NCBI GenBank assembly: GCA_017444125.1
Contig: JAFSXL010000012.1
Location: 1-42,456 of the forward strand
Origin: Rickettsiales bacterium
Lineage (GTDB): Bacteria > Pseudomonadota > Alphaproteobacteria > Rickettsiales > Deianiraeaceae
Length of the DNA: 42,456 nucleotides
Direction: 5' to 3'
Both the position numbers and the translations under genes were made by a program. Shown here one piece after another: positions 8,181-16,754 of the stretch. Below the pieces are notes generated by a model, which saw nothing but the letters and a program-made list of their open reading frames with translations, was not told the origin of the DNA and searched no databases. Each line of letters opens with the position of its first letter. Position 1 is the first letter of the stretch.

Positions 8181-9296
8181 ATGAGCGATGAGACAAAAAG
8201 CATTATATTCTGTTACCTGGCCCTGTTTGCATTGGTCGTCATACCGATAGACATTGACGGTTGTTTTAGAACAATAAGAATCATACAAGACAATATAAGA
8301 CCATTTGTTGTTGCTTTTATAACTTTGAGTGTCACAATTTATTTAAAAATCTATAATGATGTTGAAAAAAAACACAATGATGATATTGAAAAATTCAAAA
8401 AAGTTTTTCACAATGCTTATGAAAAATTGCAGAAAGACATAAAAATATGTCAAGATTGTAATTTGGATCAGGACAGCGCAGAAAAGCAAGGTGTTGAATT
8501 TGAAGGCCAAAAAATAAAAACTAAATTAAGATATTTGATGCAACATAAAAAAATAAATAAAAAGTGTGATTTTCTTTCATTTCATGAAAATTATTTATTA
8601 TGGAAGAAACCAGAACAAATGTATGCTTGTGATTGTATTTTAGAAAATGGCCAAAATTTGCTACAAGATTGTATTAATGAAATTATTTTTAAAAATCCAA
8701 ATGATGATGGTATCAAATTTGATTACGCGTGCTTTGAAGAAATTCATTTTCGGAATTTAGATATAAAACGCCATAAAGATGGGCGTCATGAAATAAATTT
8801 ATCTATCACAAAAGCTGATTTTAGATATGCTAATTTTTCCAATTCAAAAATTTCTTTTGACTGTGAGTATGAGGATGATTATGGATGGTTTGATTGTTTT
8901 TTGGGCGCACCTCATCCTGCATTATTTGAGAATTCTGAAATATATTTTTCTTGCAAAATAAGTAAAGGAGAGAATAACGAATTAGTATTTTTATTTCCAC
9001 AGCTGACATATATTAAAACTAAAAAATCTAATTTTCATTTCAATATTTGTTGTTTTGGTTGGTATAATGAAGGTGCAAAAAAAAGCAAATATTATACGGA
9101 GATAATAAATTATATTAATCAATTGCTTGGATCGTGTGGAAGAGATGCGGAGGAAACCTGCTTTACTTTTGATTTTGAAAGCATATATCCACACAGTGAA
9201 AATGATCTTTATAACAAATTAAAAGACATAGAAAAAAAATACAACAAAGCCAATGAAAAATTAAAAAACAAAGTAGAGTTTGTCATGGGACGTTAA
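8181..9296 (+). CDS. Orphan membrane-anchored protein with short pentapeptide-repeat-like runs
   Basis: 371 aa. Two N-terminal TM helices (aa ~8-24 and 41-57), a Lys/Glu coiled region, a Cys-rich middle, and A(D/N)(F/L)xx-type runs ACFEE-IHFRN-LDIKR and ADFRY-ANFSN-SKISF (~8727-8858). Very AT-rich. Confidence 0.6.
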   Translation: MSDETKSIIFCYLALFALVVIPIDIDGCFRTIRIIQDNIRPFVVAFITLSVTIYLKIYNDVEKKHNDDIEKFKKVFHNAYEKLQKDIKICQDCNLDQDSAEKQGVEFEGQKIKTKLRYLMQHKKINKKCDFLSFHENYLLWKKPEQMYACDCILENGQNLLQDCINEIIFKNPNDDGIKFDYACFEEIHFRNLDIKRHKDGRHEINLSITKADFRYANFSNSKISFDCEYEDDYGWFDCFLGAPHPALFENSEIYFSCKISKGENNELVFLFPQLTYIKTKKSNFHFNICCFGWYNEGAKKSKYYTEIINYINQLLGSCGRDAEETCFTFDFESIYPHSENDLYNKLKDIEKKYNKANEKLKNKVEFVMGR

Positions 9297-9376
9297 CAAA
9301 ACACCATTTTTCAAATTTCCCATTTGACAATTCCCCAAACTCTGATAGAATAGAGTGATTTTGTATTGTAAATATT

Positions 9377-10330
9377 ATGAGCGGGTTTTATTTGAACTCA
9401 GAAAATCAGATTGACAATCAAAATGTTCCCGATGAATTTGTAGAGATAACAACAGAGCTGCGATTGCATCGGAAGCAGGTGCGCGGGCTGCTTGCAAAGA
9501 TAGTTCATGAGTTTTGCAATGAGGAGCAGGACGCTGAAATTGGTGAGATAATGGAATATGCGTTGATGTCGGGTGAGACATATTATCGCTCGTTTTTTGC
9601 CCGCATTGTCGGCGAGGCGCTGGGATTGAGCACCGCCAAGAGCTTGTTTATTGGTGAGATTATTGAAATGGTGCACCACTACTCCACAATGCAGAATAAC
9701 CTCCCTGAATTTGACAACGATGACTTTCGACACTCCCGCCAAACATGCCACAGAAAATACGGTGCCTCCAAAACGATTATTGCCTCCAATGCGCTTGATG
9801 CCATGATTTATCAGTTCATTACGAATTGTGATAAGGTGAAAATTTCAAAATCAACACGCTGCGATTTGGTTTCGGTGATATCAAAATACAGCGGAAAAGA
9901 CGGCATTTGCGGAGGACAAATGATGAGTTTGTGCAATAAGAATAAGCCGATGTATTCTGATGAAATGACAAGATTGAAAAAATTGAAGCAATCTGTTCTG
10001 TTGAATGCGGCAATAGATTGCTTATTTTTATTGTCTGACTGCTCAGCCAAGGAGAAAAAAGCCATCAAAACATTCTCTAACGGAATATGTTCTATGTTTA
10101 ATGTCTACGACAAAATGCAAAATAGGGAGTTAAATAAAGAAGAGCTTTTGGAAAGTGCCGAACTGTTGCGCAACCAAATTATTTCATCACTGAATGTGTT
10201 TGATGACAGGGCAAAAAAAATGATTTGCTTTGCAAGATATTACTTCTTCTGCCTGCAAAAGCAGAACTACAAAATGACTTCCAATATTGAAGTTGTGAAA
10301 AGTGATGCAGAAACAGCATCTATAAATTAA
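9377..10330 (+). CDS. IspA/polyprenyl-diphosphate-synthase homologue lacking both Asp-rich catalytic motifs (probable pseudoenzyme)
   Basis: Clear collinearity with E. coli IspA: [30 protein letters not shown] versus [40 protein letters not shown] versus [24 protein letters not shown] versus GLAFQVQDDILD. Confidence 0.8.
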   Translation: [317 protein letters not shown]

Positions 10331-10344
10331 TGTATAAAATTGGT

Positions 10345-10368
10345 GGTGCTTGCCCGAGGCCACGCCTT
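10345..10368 (-). repeat. Fragment of the GC-rich palindromic element (terminal part only)
   Basis: ggtgcttGCCCGAGGCCACGCC matches the GCCCGAGGCCACGCC arm of copies at 35917 and 26249 and is the reverse complement of the arm at 14895. Confidence 0.5.
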
Positions 10369-10424
10369 CTTGTTTTTTTTATTTCTTCAATTCTCCTTGT
10401 TGTTCTGCGCCATGCAACATATAA

Positions 10425-11378
10425 TCAATCTTTCCAACCTGCAAATGAATATATCTTTGGATCATCATTACACTCATCTGGAAGCCAAATCATCGCATCA
10501 TAATCGCAAACATTCTCTCTTTTGAGCTTCCCATTTTTGCGTAATTTGTCGTATTTCTCTTCCTCGTTTTTCAGTGATTGATAGTACCCCGTCCTAAAAT
10601 TCAAATACTTATCAATAGCACCATTACTAAGCACTTCCAGCGTTGGCGCAACAGTTGCAAATTTGTTGAAATATTTACCGATAGAATTTCCAAACGCAAT
10701 CCATGTTAATGAGCTTAACTTTGGATGGAAGTAAAAAAATGGGCTGAAAACGTTTTGGTAGGTGAACAAATAAGTTGGTTTTTCGCCAAAAAATGTTTTC
10801 ATAAAGAAGTAGTTGGTTATTACAAATTCAGCAGCCATTCCAATTGTATCGCGCAGATTGCTTGGTCCGATAAATGGTAGCATCAAATATGGTCCCTGTG
10901 GAACGCCATAGAAGTGGAAAACTTGTCCAAACGTCTTGTGGACGGACTTTAATCCAAGATCACTCGCCGGATCAAGCACGCCCCACATGCCGATTGTTCC
11001 ATTGATTAAAAAACGCCATGAAGACACTAAAAAGCCCTCCAAATCAAAATCCAGAACTGACAAAATCATGTCCTGCGGCGTATCAGTGTAATGCTGGGTG
11101 AAGTTCTTAAACGACCACCTGACAGGCAGCGGAATGTTGTTCTCATACCATCTTCCGAACGGGATGTAGACATTGTCAAAAATGACTTCATTAAAACCAA
11201 AAATTTTACGATTTAAGCTTTCCCAAGGGTCATTGGTATCTATTTGTTGGACCTCAACAAAGGCTTCATCATCGTCATCACTATCATCTGCGAGCGCTAT
11301 TTTAGCGAACGAAAATAATGAAAATAACAATACATGGCAGAGTAACAAAGAGATTTTCTTACGTAATAACACACTCAA
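10425..11378 (-). CDS. mlaA: MlaA/VacJ family outer-membrane lipoprotein
   Basis: 317 aa. Signal peptide followed by DPWESLNRKIFGFNEVIFDNVYIPFGRWYE (MlaA hallmark DP.E..NR..F.FN). Non-ATG (TTG) start inferred. Confidence 0.85.
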   Translation of the reverse strand: MSVLLRKKISLLLCHVLLFSLFSFAKIALADDSDDDDEAFVEVQQIDTNDPWESLNRKIFGFNEVIFDNVYIPFGRWYENNIPLPVRWSFKNFTQHYTDTPQDMILSVLDFDLEGFLVSSWRFLINGTIGMWGVLDPASDLGLKSVHKTFGQVFHFYGVPQGPYLMLPFIGPSNLRDTIGMAAEFVITNYFFMKTFFGEKPTYLFTYQNVFSPFFYFHPKLSSLTWIAFGNSIGKYFNKFATVAPTLEVLSNGAIDKYLNFRTGYYQSLKNEEEKYDKLRKNGKLKRENVCDYDAMIWLPDECNDDPKIYSFAGWKD

Positions 11379-12828
11379 TGGTTAAAACAATTATCATTTG
11401 TATCAATAGGAAGACATAGAAGTATGTGTAGTTGTTGCATAAAATATGTGTCAATTTGTATGAAGTTGATGCGTTCACGATTGCCGTGATATACTGGCGC
11501 AATGCCTTCCAAAAGTCAGAAAATGTAGTTGCAACAATTCTTACAAATATGCATACAAACGACAAACATGATCTGACGGCTCTAAAATAATAGTTGCTTC
11601 TGAGCAAGATTGGTTTCTTTCCTGACAACATGAGCGGCGTTATGACAAAAAAAGAACAGAATAAGGCGACATAAATTAGCAGATGTTGATATTTTGGAAT
11701 GTGAAGATTGCCAATGAAGAAATATCGGTTCAGGAACACTTCTAAAGCAGTGATATAGAATAAAATGTTGAGCCAAATTACCCTCTTTAACCTGTTTCTT
11801 GCAAATAACTTTTTGAATTTTTTATCTATTTTGTCAACAACCACTTTATTTTTTGAAGTATTTTTCAATAGAATTGAATAAAAAATTCGCGCAATAAAGC
11901 CAATAAAAAACACAATTATTCCGATTTTATAGAAGGAGTTTAGTTCTGAAATGTTTTCTCCATGATTGAGTATGATGGCATAAACAGCAAACAGACCGAT
12001 TATTATGTTGAATGATATACATGCAAAGATTTTGTCAGACAGCTTGCCACAGAAATATTCTTTGATGTTTTCAAGTGTGTATCTTCTTACCCTGAATGGT
12101 GTGAAAACGCAGCTCAAAGTTGCAATCAAAACTGAAATGATAACCCAAAATGGCATCATTATTTGCATCATGCCGTTAGATATGAAAATTACTTGCAAGC
12201 CAAAGAAATATAGGATTATGTATGTGTAAATACGACGAATGTTGCTTTCAAAAAGTAGGTATATTCCTGCATAAATACATATCGCAAAGCCAGTGTAAAT
12301 TATTGAGTAAGTGCTGATGTTTAGCGCCACTTCCTGCATGATTTGCAACAGCAAAAACAGCGGCACAATAAAACAAACAATTTTGTAGAACGAGTTTGAT
12401 AACGCAAAAAGATACATTATCCACTCTGAAAATGGCATCATGCCTACTAAAAGTAGCAGAGCGACAAGTGTGTAAATGTGTGTTGCTATGTTGACAAAAT
12501 CTTCATATTTTTCACCAGCAAGACGAGAAAATATGTTATTCAACAAATCTGGATGCAATTCCTGAATGGCAAGCATAAATAGTCCACACGATAGCAGTCC
12601 AAGGTAGTAAATTCCTGATGCACGATATTTTCTGTTATGCATTATGCAGATGAATACTGACAACACCGCCATGACTTCAAAAACCATGAATTTGTTGTAG
12701 CCAAGTGTGAAAAGTGTAATAACGACTGTGCTAATTGCAAACAAAAATACGTTTCTGCGATGCATGAATACTACTTGTGTCAGGATGAGTAATATCGGAC
12801 AAATGTGTGTTGTAAGCAATTGTACCAC
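11359..12828 (-). CDS. Polytopic inner-membrane protein, function unknown (weak NuoN/MrpD-like flavour)
   Basis: 489 aa with about 12 or more hydrophobic segments. LLLLVGMMPFSEWIMYL faintly recalls the proton-conducting antiporter-subunit motif. GTG start at 12828, or ATG at 12765. Overlaps the mlaA start by 20 nt. Confidence 0.65.
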   Translation of the reverse strand: MVQLLTTHICPILLILTQVVFMHRRNVFLFAISTVVITLFTLGYNKFMVFEVMAVLSVFICIMHNRKYRASGIYYLGLLSCGLFMLAIQELHPDLLNNIFSRLAGEKYEDFVNIATHIYTLVALLLLVGMMPFSEWIMYLFALSNSFYKIVCFIVPLFLLLQIMQEVALNISTYSIIYTGFAICIYAGIYLLFESNIRRIYTYIILYFFGLQVIFISNGMMQIMMPFWVIISVLIATLSCVFTPFRVRRYTLENIKEYFCGKLSDKIFACISFNIIIGLFAVYAIILNHGENISELNSFYKIGIIVFFIGFIARIFYSILLKNTSKNKVVVDKIDKKFKKLFARNRLKRVIWLNILFYITALEVFLNRYFFIGNLHIPKYQHLLIYVALFCSFFVITPLMLSGKKPILLRSNYYFRAVRSCLSFVCIFVRIVATTFSDFWKALRQYITAIVNASTSYKLTHILCNNYTYFYVFLLIQMIIVLTIECVIT

Positions 12829-12879
12829 AATACTTGAAACAGATTTTTTTAATAATTGTCAAGGTGAAAAACGTTATTT

Positions 12880-12964
12880 GTTGCGCCAGCGCGTAGCATG
12901 TTTGTGAAGGAGAATAGTGAGAAGTGAAATACAAACCGCGAGTGATATCCTCTGGCAGCAAACG
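12880..12964 (+). repeat. GC-rich palindromic intergenic element (R2), downstream of dut
   Basis: GTTGCGCcagcgcgtagcatgtttgtgaaggagaatagtgagaagtGAAATACAAACCGCGAGtgatatcctctggcagcaaac. Confidence 0.85.
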
Positions 12965-12984
12965 TTTTTTATTTTAACACATAG

Positions 12985-13494
12985 TTATCTTGCACCAGTT
13001 GAGCCAAATCTACCGGCACCGCGCGCCGTATCATCCAATTCATCAACAAATTCAAGTTCGCATTTTGCAATTGGACAAATAATCATCTGTGCTATTCTGT
13101 CGCCCCTTTTTATAGTAAATGACTCATCCGAAAGATTGCATAAAATCGCACCAATCTCACCACGGTAATCACTATCAATAGTACCAGGCGTGTTAACGAT
13201 CGTAATACCACTTCTGAACGCCAATCCAGAGCGAGGACGCACCTGTATCTCATAATCCTCCGATAATCCGCCAGCAGCCAAACCTGTCTGCACGACAACC
13301 CGCTCCATTGGTTTCAATTCATAGTTTTTAATGTCTTTTCCAAGCACAAATGTCTCTTTTGTTGCAGGAAGAAACACATCAACGGCTCTAATATCAATTC
13401 CGCTACTTCCAACCGTCTGATAATTCAACAGTTTACCACCATAATAAACATCTTTTGCATTCTCTGACAAAAACTTAATCTTCAACCTCATCAT
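12985..13494 (-). CDS. dut: dUTP diphosphatase
   Basis: 169 aa. Motifs GSSGIDIRA, RSGLA, GTIDSDYRGEI, GDRIAQMI and C-terminal RGAGRFGSTG. Confidence 0.95.
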   Translation of the reverse strand: MMRLKIKFLSENAKDVYYGGKLLNYQTVGSSGIDIRAVDVFLPATKETFVLGKDIKNYELKPMERVVVQTGLAAGGLSEDYEIQVRPRSGLAFRSGITIVNTPGTIDSDYRGEIGAILCNLSDESFTIKRGDRIAQMIICPIAKCELEFVDELDDTARGAGRFGSTGAR

Positions 13495-13616
13495 ATCAAA
13501 AAATCAACTTCATAAACTCTTCAAACATTCCGAGTGCATCAAAAATCATAGCTATTCATGAAAAACGGTAATTGTTTTGTAAAAGTCAAGCCGTCTATAA
13601 AAACTATCAATAAACA

Positions 13617-13702
13617 GTTGCGCTACCAGAAGCAACGCCATCGCGGTTTGTATTTCACCTCTCACTATTCTCCTTCACAAACCTGCTACGCGCTGGCGCA
13701 AC
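13617..13702 (-). repeat. GC-rich palindromic intergenic element (R3), inverted relative to R2, upstream of dut
   Basis: Its reverse complement is GTTGCGCcagcgcgtagcaggtttgtgaaggagaatagtgagaggtGAAATACAAACCGCGAtggcgttgcttctggtagcGCGCAAC. It differs from R2 at only about 2 positions over the first ~62 nt. Confidence 0.85.
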
Positions 13703-13902
13703 AAATAAAACTTGCATTTAAAAAAAACACATATTCCAAACTGTCGCTGACATGGGAGTTGACAACTTTTCACACTCAATGATGATGCGCTAAGGCGCTA
13801 ATAATATATCTTCTCAATGTCTTTTCTTACTTTTTCCATAAAAACTTTTTGAATTAAAAGTATTTTTAATTTGATTTTCAATTTTGTTTATTTTTGTATT
13901 TT

Positions 13903-14802
13903 ATGAAAAAAATTATTTTATTTATATGTTTATTTTATAATATCTTTTCTGCAAGTTCTTCCGCAGGAATATTGGTTTTGCAATCTGATTTTGGTGTTAA
14001 AGATGCTGCTGTTGCTGAAATGAAAGGCACAGCTCTCACGGTTGATGAGAATATCAAAATTGTTGACAATACTCACCTTATTGAACCTTTTGACATCTGG
14101 GAGGGCGCCTACAGATTATATCAATCCATTGGAACATTTCCAAAGAATACTGTTTTTGTGTCAGTCGTTGACCCAGGTGTTGGCACAAGCCGCAAAAGTA
14201 TTGTCGTTAAAACCAAAGACGACCACTATATTATAACGCCAGATAACGGAACAATTACATTCATTGATAAAGAAATTGGTATCGCAGAAGCGCGTGAAAT
14301 TGATGAAACAAAGAACCGTATAGAAGGTAGCGAGATGTCCTACACTTTTTATGGCCGTGATGTTTATATCTATACGGGTGCAAAATTGGCAAGCGGCAAA
14401 ATCTCATTTGAGGATGTCGGTGATGAGCTTGACGTAAAAAAATTGAAACGTCTTGACCATCAACAGCCAGAGTTCAAAAAAGGTACTTTGCACGGAAATA
14501 TTCCAATTCTGGATGTGAATTACGGAAATGTCTGGACTAATATAGACAGACAAACAGCAAATAAGATAAAGCTCAAACGTGGTACAAAATATGACATTTT
14601 GATTACTGATGGCATCAAAAAATCGTTCATCAGTGATGTTGTTTATGACAACACATTCGGAAATGTCCAAGAGGGCAAGCCGGTTTTGTATTTCAATTCG
14701 TTAGGCTACTTATCAGTTGGATTAAATGTCGGCAACTTTGCAAAGGCATATGGCGTAAAATATGGCCCAAACTGGAAGATAAGCATTAGCAAGGCTAAAT
14801 AA
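13903..14802 (+). CDS. SAM hydrolase / S-adenosyl-L-methionine hydroxide adenosyltransferase family (DUF62) with an N-terminal signal peptide
   Basis: MKKIILFICLFYNIFSASSSAG leader, then LVLQSDFGVKDAAVAEMKG (DUF62 N-terminal hallmark). About 299 aa from the ATG at 13903; the track start at 13894 is TTG. Confidence 0.8.
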   Translation: MKKIILFICLFYNIFSASSSAGILVLQSDFGVKDAAVAEMKGTALTVDENIKIVDNTHLIEPFDIWEGAYRLYQSIGTFPKNTVFVSVVDPGVGTSRKSIVVKTKDDHYIITPDNGTITFIDKEIGIAEAREIDETKNRIEGSEMSYTFYGRDVYIYTGAKLASGKISFEDVGDELDVKKLKRLDHQQPEFKKGTLHGNIPILDVNYGNVWTNIDRQTANKIKLKRGTKYDILITDGIKKSFISDVVYDNTFGNVQEGKPVLYFNSLGYLSVGLNVGNFAKAYGVKYGPNWKISISKAK

Positions 14803-14829
14803 AGTATGTTGTCAATTCTTTAATTTGAT

Positions 14830-14915
14830 GTTGCGCGGCGCGGAGCGCGTTTGTGCGAGGAGCAACGCGAGGAGCGAAATACAAACCGCGAGGGCGTGGC
14901 CTCGGGCGGCGCAAC
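14830..14915 (+). repeat. GC-rich palindromic intergenic element (R4), full-length copy
   Basis: GTTGCGCggcgcggagcgcgtttgtgcgaggagcaacgcgaggagcGAAATACAAACCGCGAGggcgtgGCCTCGGGCGGCGCAAC. Confidence 0.9.
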
Positions 14916-14969
14916 CCTAAAAAATTAGCGAAGCATTGCATTTTATTTTGACGTTAGTATTAAGCCTCT

Positions 14970-15752
14970 ATGCAGAGAGTGATTGCACTCGACACAGAGT
15001 TTGATAGAAGAACAACATATCGACCGACTTTGTCAATAGTGCAAGTAAAATGTGGTGCGCAAGAAGAGCCAAAAATATATGATGTTCTTGGGCATAGTGA
15101 TGACTTAAACGAGCTTATGGAACTTCTGCGCGACGATGAGATTGTCAAGGTCATTCATGCGGCTCGACAGGATTTTGAGTGCATCTACTGCCAATTTGGA
15201 ATTACAATGCATAACGTTTTTGATACACAAATAGCAGCTAAACATCTGGGCTTTGGCGATGAAATTGGCTACGCACAAATGGTGAAGGAATTCTGCGACA
15301 AAAAAATTGTGAAAGAACACAAACTGCAAGTGTCGGACTGGCTAAAAAGGCCACTCACACAGAAGCAAATCTTCTATGCAAAACAGGATGTTGAGTATTT
15401 GCACTTGGCCTACGAGCGCATGCAAGAGCACTTTCTGACTGACAGTAAGCTGTATGAGGATTTTCTAAAAGAATGCCAAGCAATGGAAAATGATAGCTTG
15501 TATAGGTTCAACCCGCTGACTGTGTGGGAGAAAATGCATAACAAGTTTAGAATTGTGGTAGATCAGTCATTTGCGCGCGACTTGTTTATCACGCGTGAGC
15601 GCGAAGCTAACATTCACAATCTGCCACGAGAATTTGTGCTGACAAACAAGGATTTGATACTGTTTGCAAACACAAAAAATAAAAATATACTGCAAAAGTT
15701 GCATAAAAAAGTCAGCGCAAAACCATTTTTACAGTGTTTGGCTTGGCATTAG
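14970..15752 (+). CDS. rnd: Ribonuclease D-like 3'-5' exonuclease (short form)
   Basis: 260 aa. DEDDy exonuclease motifs IALDTEF, KVIHAARQDFE, FDTQIAA, YAKQDVEYL. Confidence 0.8.
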   Translation: MQRVIALDTEFDRRTTYRPTLSIVQVKCGAQEEPKIYDVLGHSDDLNELMELLRDDEIVKVIHAARQDFECIYCQFGITMHNVFDTQIAAKHLGFGDEIGYAQMVKEFCDKKIVKEHKLQVSDWLKRPLTQKQIFYAKQDVEYLHLAYERMQEHFLTDSKLYEDFLKECQAMENDSLYRFNPLTVWEKMHNKFRIVVDQSFARDLFITREREANIHNLPREFVLTNKDLILFANTKNKNILQKLHKKVSAKPFLQCLAWH

Positions 15753-15946
15753 TTCTTGGCAATTTGGCTTGCAGCAAATGGGCTTTCGTCAATGTCGTCA
15801 ATCGCGTGGCTCTCAATAAATGAGTAGACAAACACGCCAAGCAGTCCCAAAAACAGGAACGTAATGAACATGTTGACGACCATGATCTTTGTGTGTTTAA
15901 TTTCCTTATCTGCTGTTCTTTTTGCGTTATAAAAAATCATTGACAT
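15749..15946 (-). CDS. Small single-pass membrane protein (65 aa), hypothetical
   Basis: Internal ATG at 15946 gives MSMIFYNAKR... with one TM segment (MFITFLFLGLLGVFVYSFI). The longer track ORF (to 16099) reads through repeat R5 and is not credible. Confidence 0.4.
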   Translation of the reverse strand: MSMIFYNAKRTADKEIKHTKIMVVNMFITFLFLGLLGVFVYSFIESHAIDDIDESPFAASQIAKN

Positions 15947-16014
15947 ACAAACTACTTTCAATTTTATCAAAAAAAATAAACTATTGCAAGAGAAATTTGT
16001 TTTTATTTTACGTC

Positions 16015-16099
16015 GTTGTGCGGCATAGAGAGCGTTTGCACGAGTAGCAACGCAAGAAACAAAATACAAACCACAAGTGCGTAGTCTCAGGTAGCGCAA
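16015..16099 (+). repeat. GC-rich palindromic intergenic element, degenerate copy (R5)
   Basis: gttgtgcggcatagagagcgtttgcacgagtagcaacgcaagaaacaAAATACAAACCaCaAGtgcgtagtctcaggtagcgcaa. Sits just downstream of the lysE-type gene. Confidence 0.7.
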
Positions 16100-16116
16100 A
16101 AACAGAAATAAGAGGA

Positions 16117-16746
16117 TTATAACCCCAAAATGCTCTTCAAATTTGTTCCAGCAAGGCAGATGATTACAAAGCCAGCTATCTTATCAAGTGCGCCAGAATA
16201 TTTGCTAAATAGCCACCACAATTTTAGGAAGTAGCACGCAAACGCGATCATAGCAAAAGTTGCGAAGCTGACAGCTGGAACGGTCGCAAGCAGTCCTGCG
16301 TAGCCCTTCCATGTGCCAACGTGGTTGTAAAATTGTGATATGACTGTGATGATAATAGTTGCAATTCCGAAGTTGGAGAACGTGTATAAGAACCCAGTTT
16401 TGAATGCCTCAAACTTAGCTTTTGACAAACTTCCTTCAAGTTTCATGACAGTTGGTTTTGCTGCCATCATTTTCATGCCAACATACAACAAATAGCACAT
16501 TCCGAGCGCCTGAACATACATAAAAATCTTGCCGTAATAGTTCAAAGTTTTACAGAAGAAAAATCCGACAATAGCGGAAATTCCATCGCTGGTTGCAATG
16601 CCGAGTGCCGTAAATAGGCCAATAGTCAGCGACTTATTTTTGATTGTATTCTTTGCAACAGTCACGAAGGACACACCCGGTGAGATGTCAAACATGAATA
16701 AAGTTATAATGTAAAATACCCACCAAGGCAGTCCAGAAGCGCTCAT
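16117..16746 (-). CDS. LysE/RhtB family amino-acid exporter
   Basis: About 209 aa with 5-6 TM segments and a family-typical N-terminus (FMFDISPGVSFVTVAKNTIK). ATG at 16746, 8 nt after the RND permease stop. Confidence 0.75.
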   Translation of the reverse strand: MSASGLPWWVFYIITLFMFDISPGVSFVTVAKNTIKNKSLTIGLFTALGIATSDGISAIVGFFFCKTLNYYGKIFMYVQALGMCYLLYVGMKMMAAKPTVMKLEGSLSKAKFEAFKTGFLYTFSNFGIATIIITVISQFYNHVGTWKGYAGLLATVPAVSFATFAMIAFACYFLKLWWLFSKYSGALDKIAGFVIICLAGTNLKSILGL

Positions 16747-16754
16747 ATCACCAA

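Noticed and set aside
12880-13702. The repeat-dut-repeat unit as a composite transposon or IS.
   Set aside because: There is no transposase or integrase ORF and no obvious target-site duplication that I could see. The flanks belong to a widespread MITE-like family, so I report it only as an inverted-repeat-bracketed gene.
12731-13782. Track ORFs 12731-12961 (-) and 13558-13782 (+) share the peptide GLYFTSHYSPSQTCYALAQQI, which could suggest a duplicated small gene.
   Set aside because: The shared peptide is simply the translation of the inverted repeat copies R2 and R3. The ORFs have no other coding features and sit in intergenic space flanking dut.
15947-16099. The longer 116-aa version of the small minus-strand ORF (track 15749-16099).
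   Set aside because: The N-terminal 51 residues are encoded by repeat R5 and AT-rich spacer. The internal ATG at 15946 gives a more sensible single-TM peptide, and even that is low confidence.
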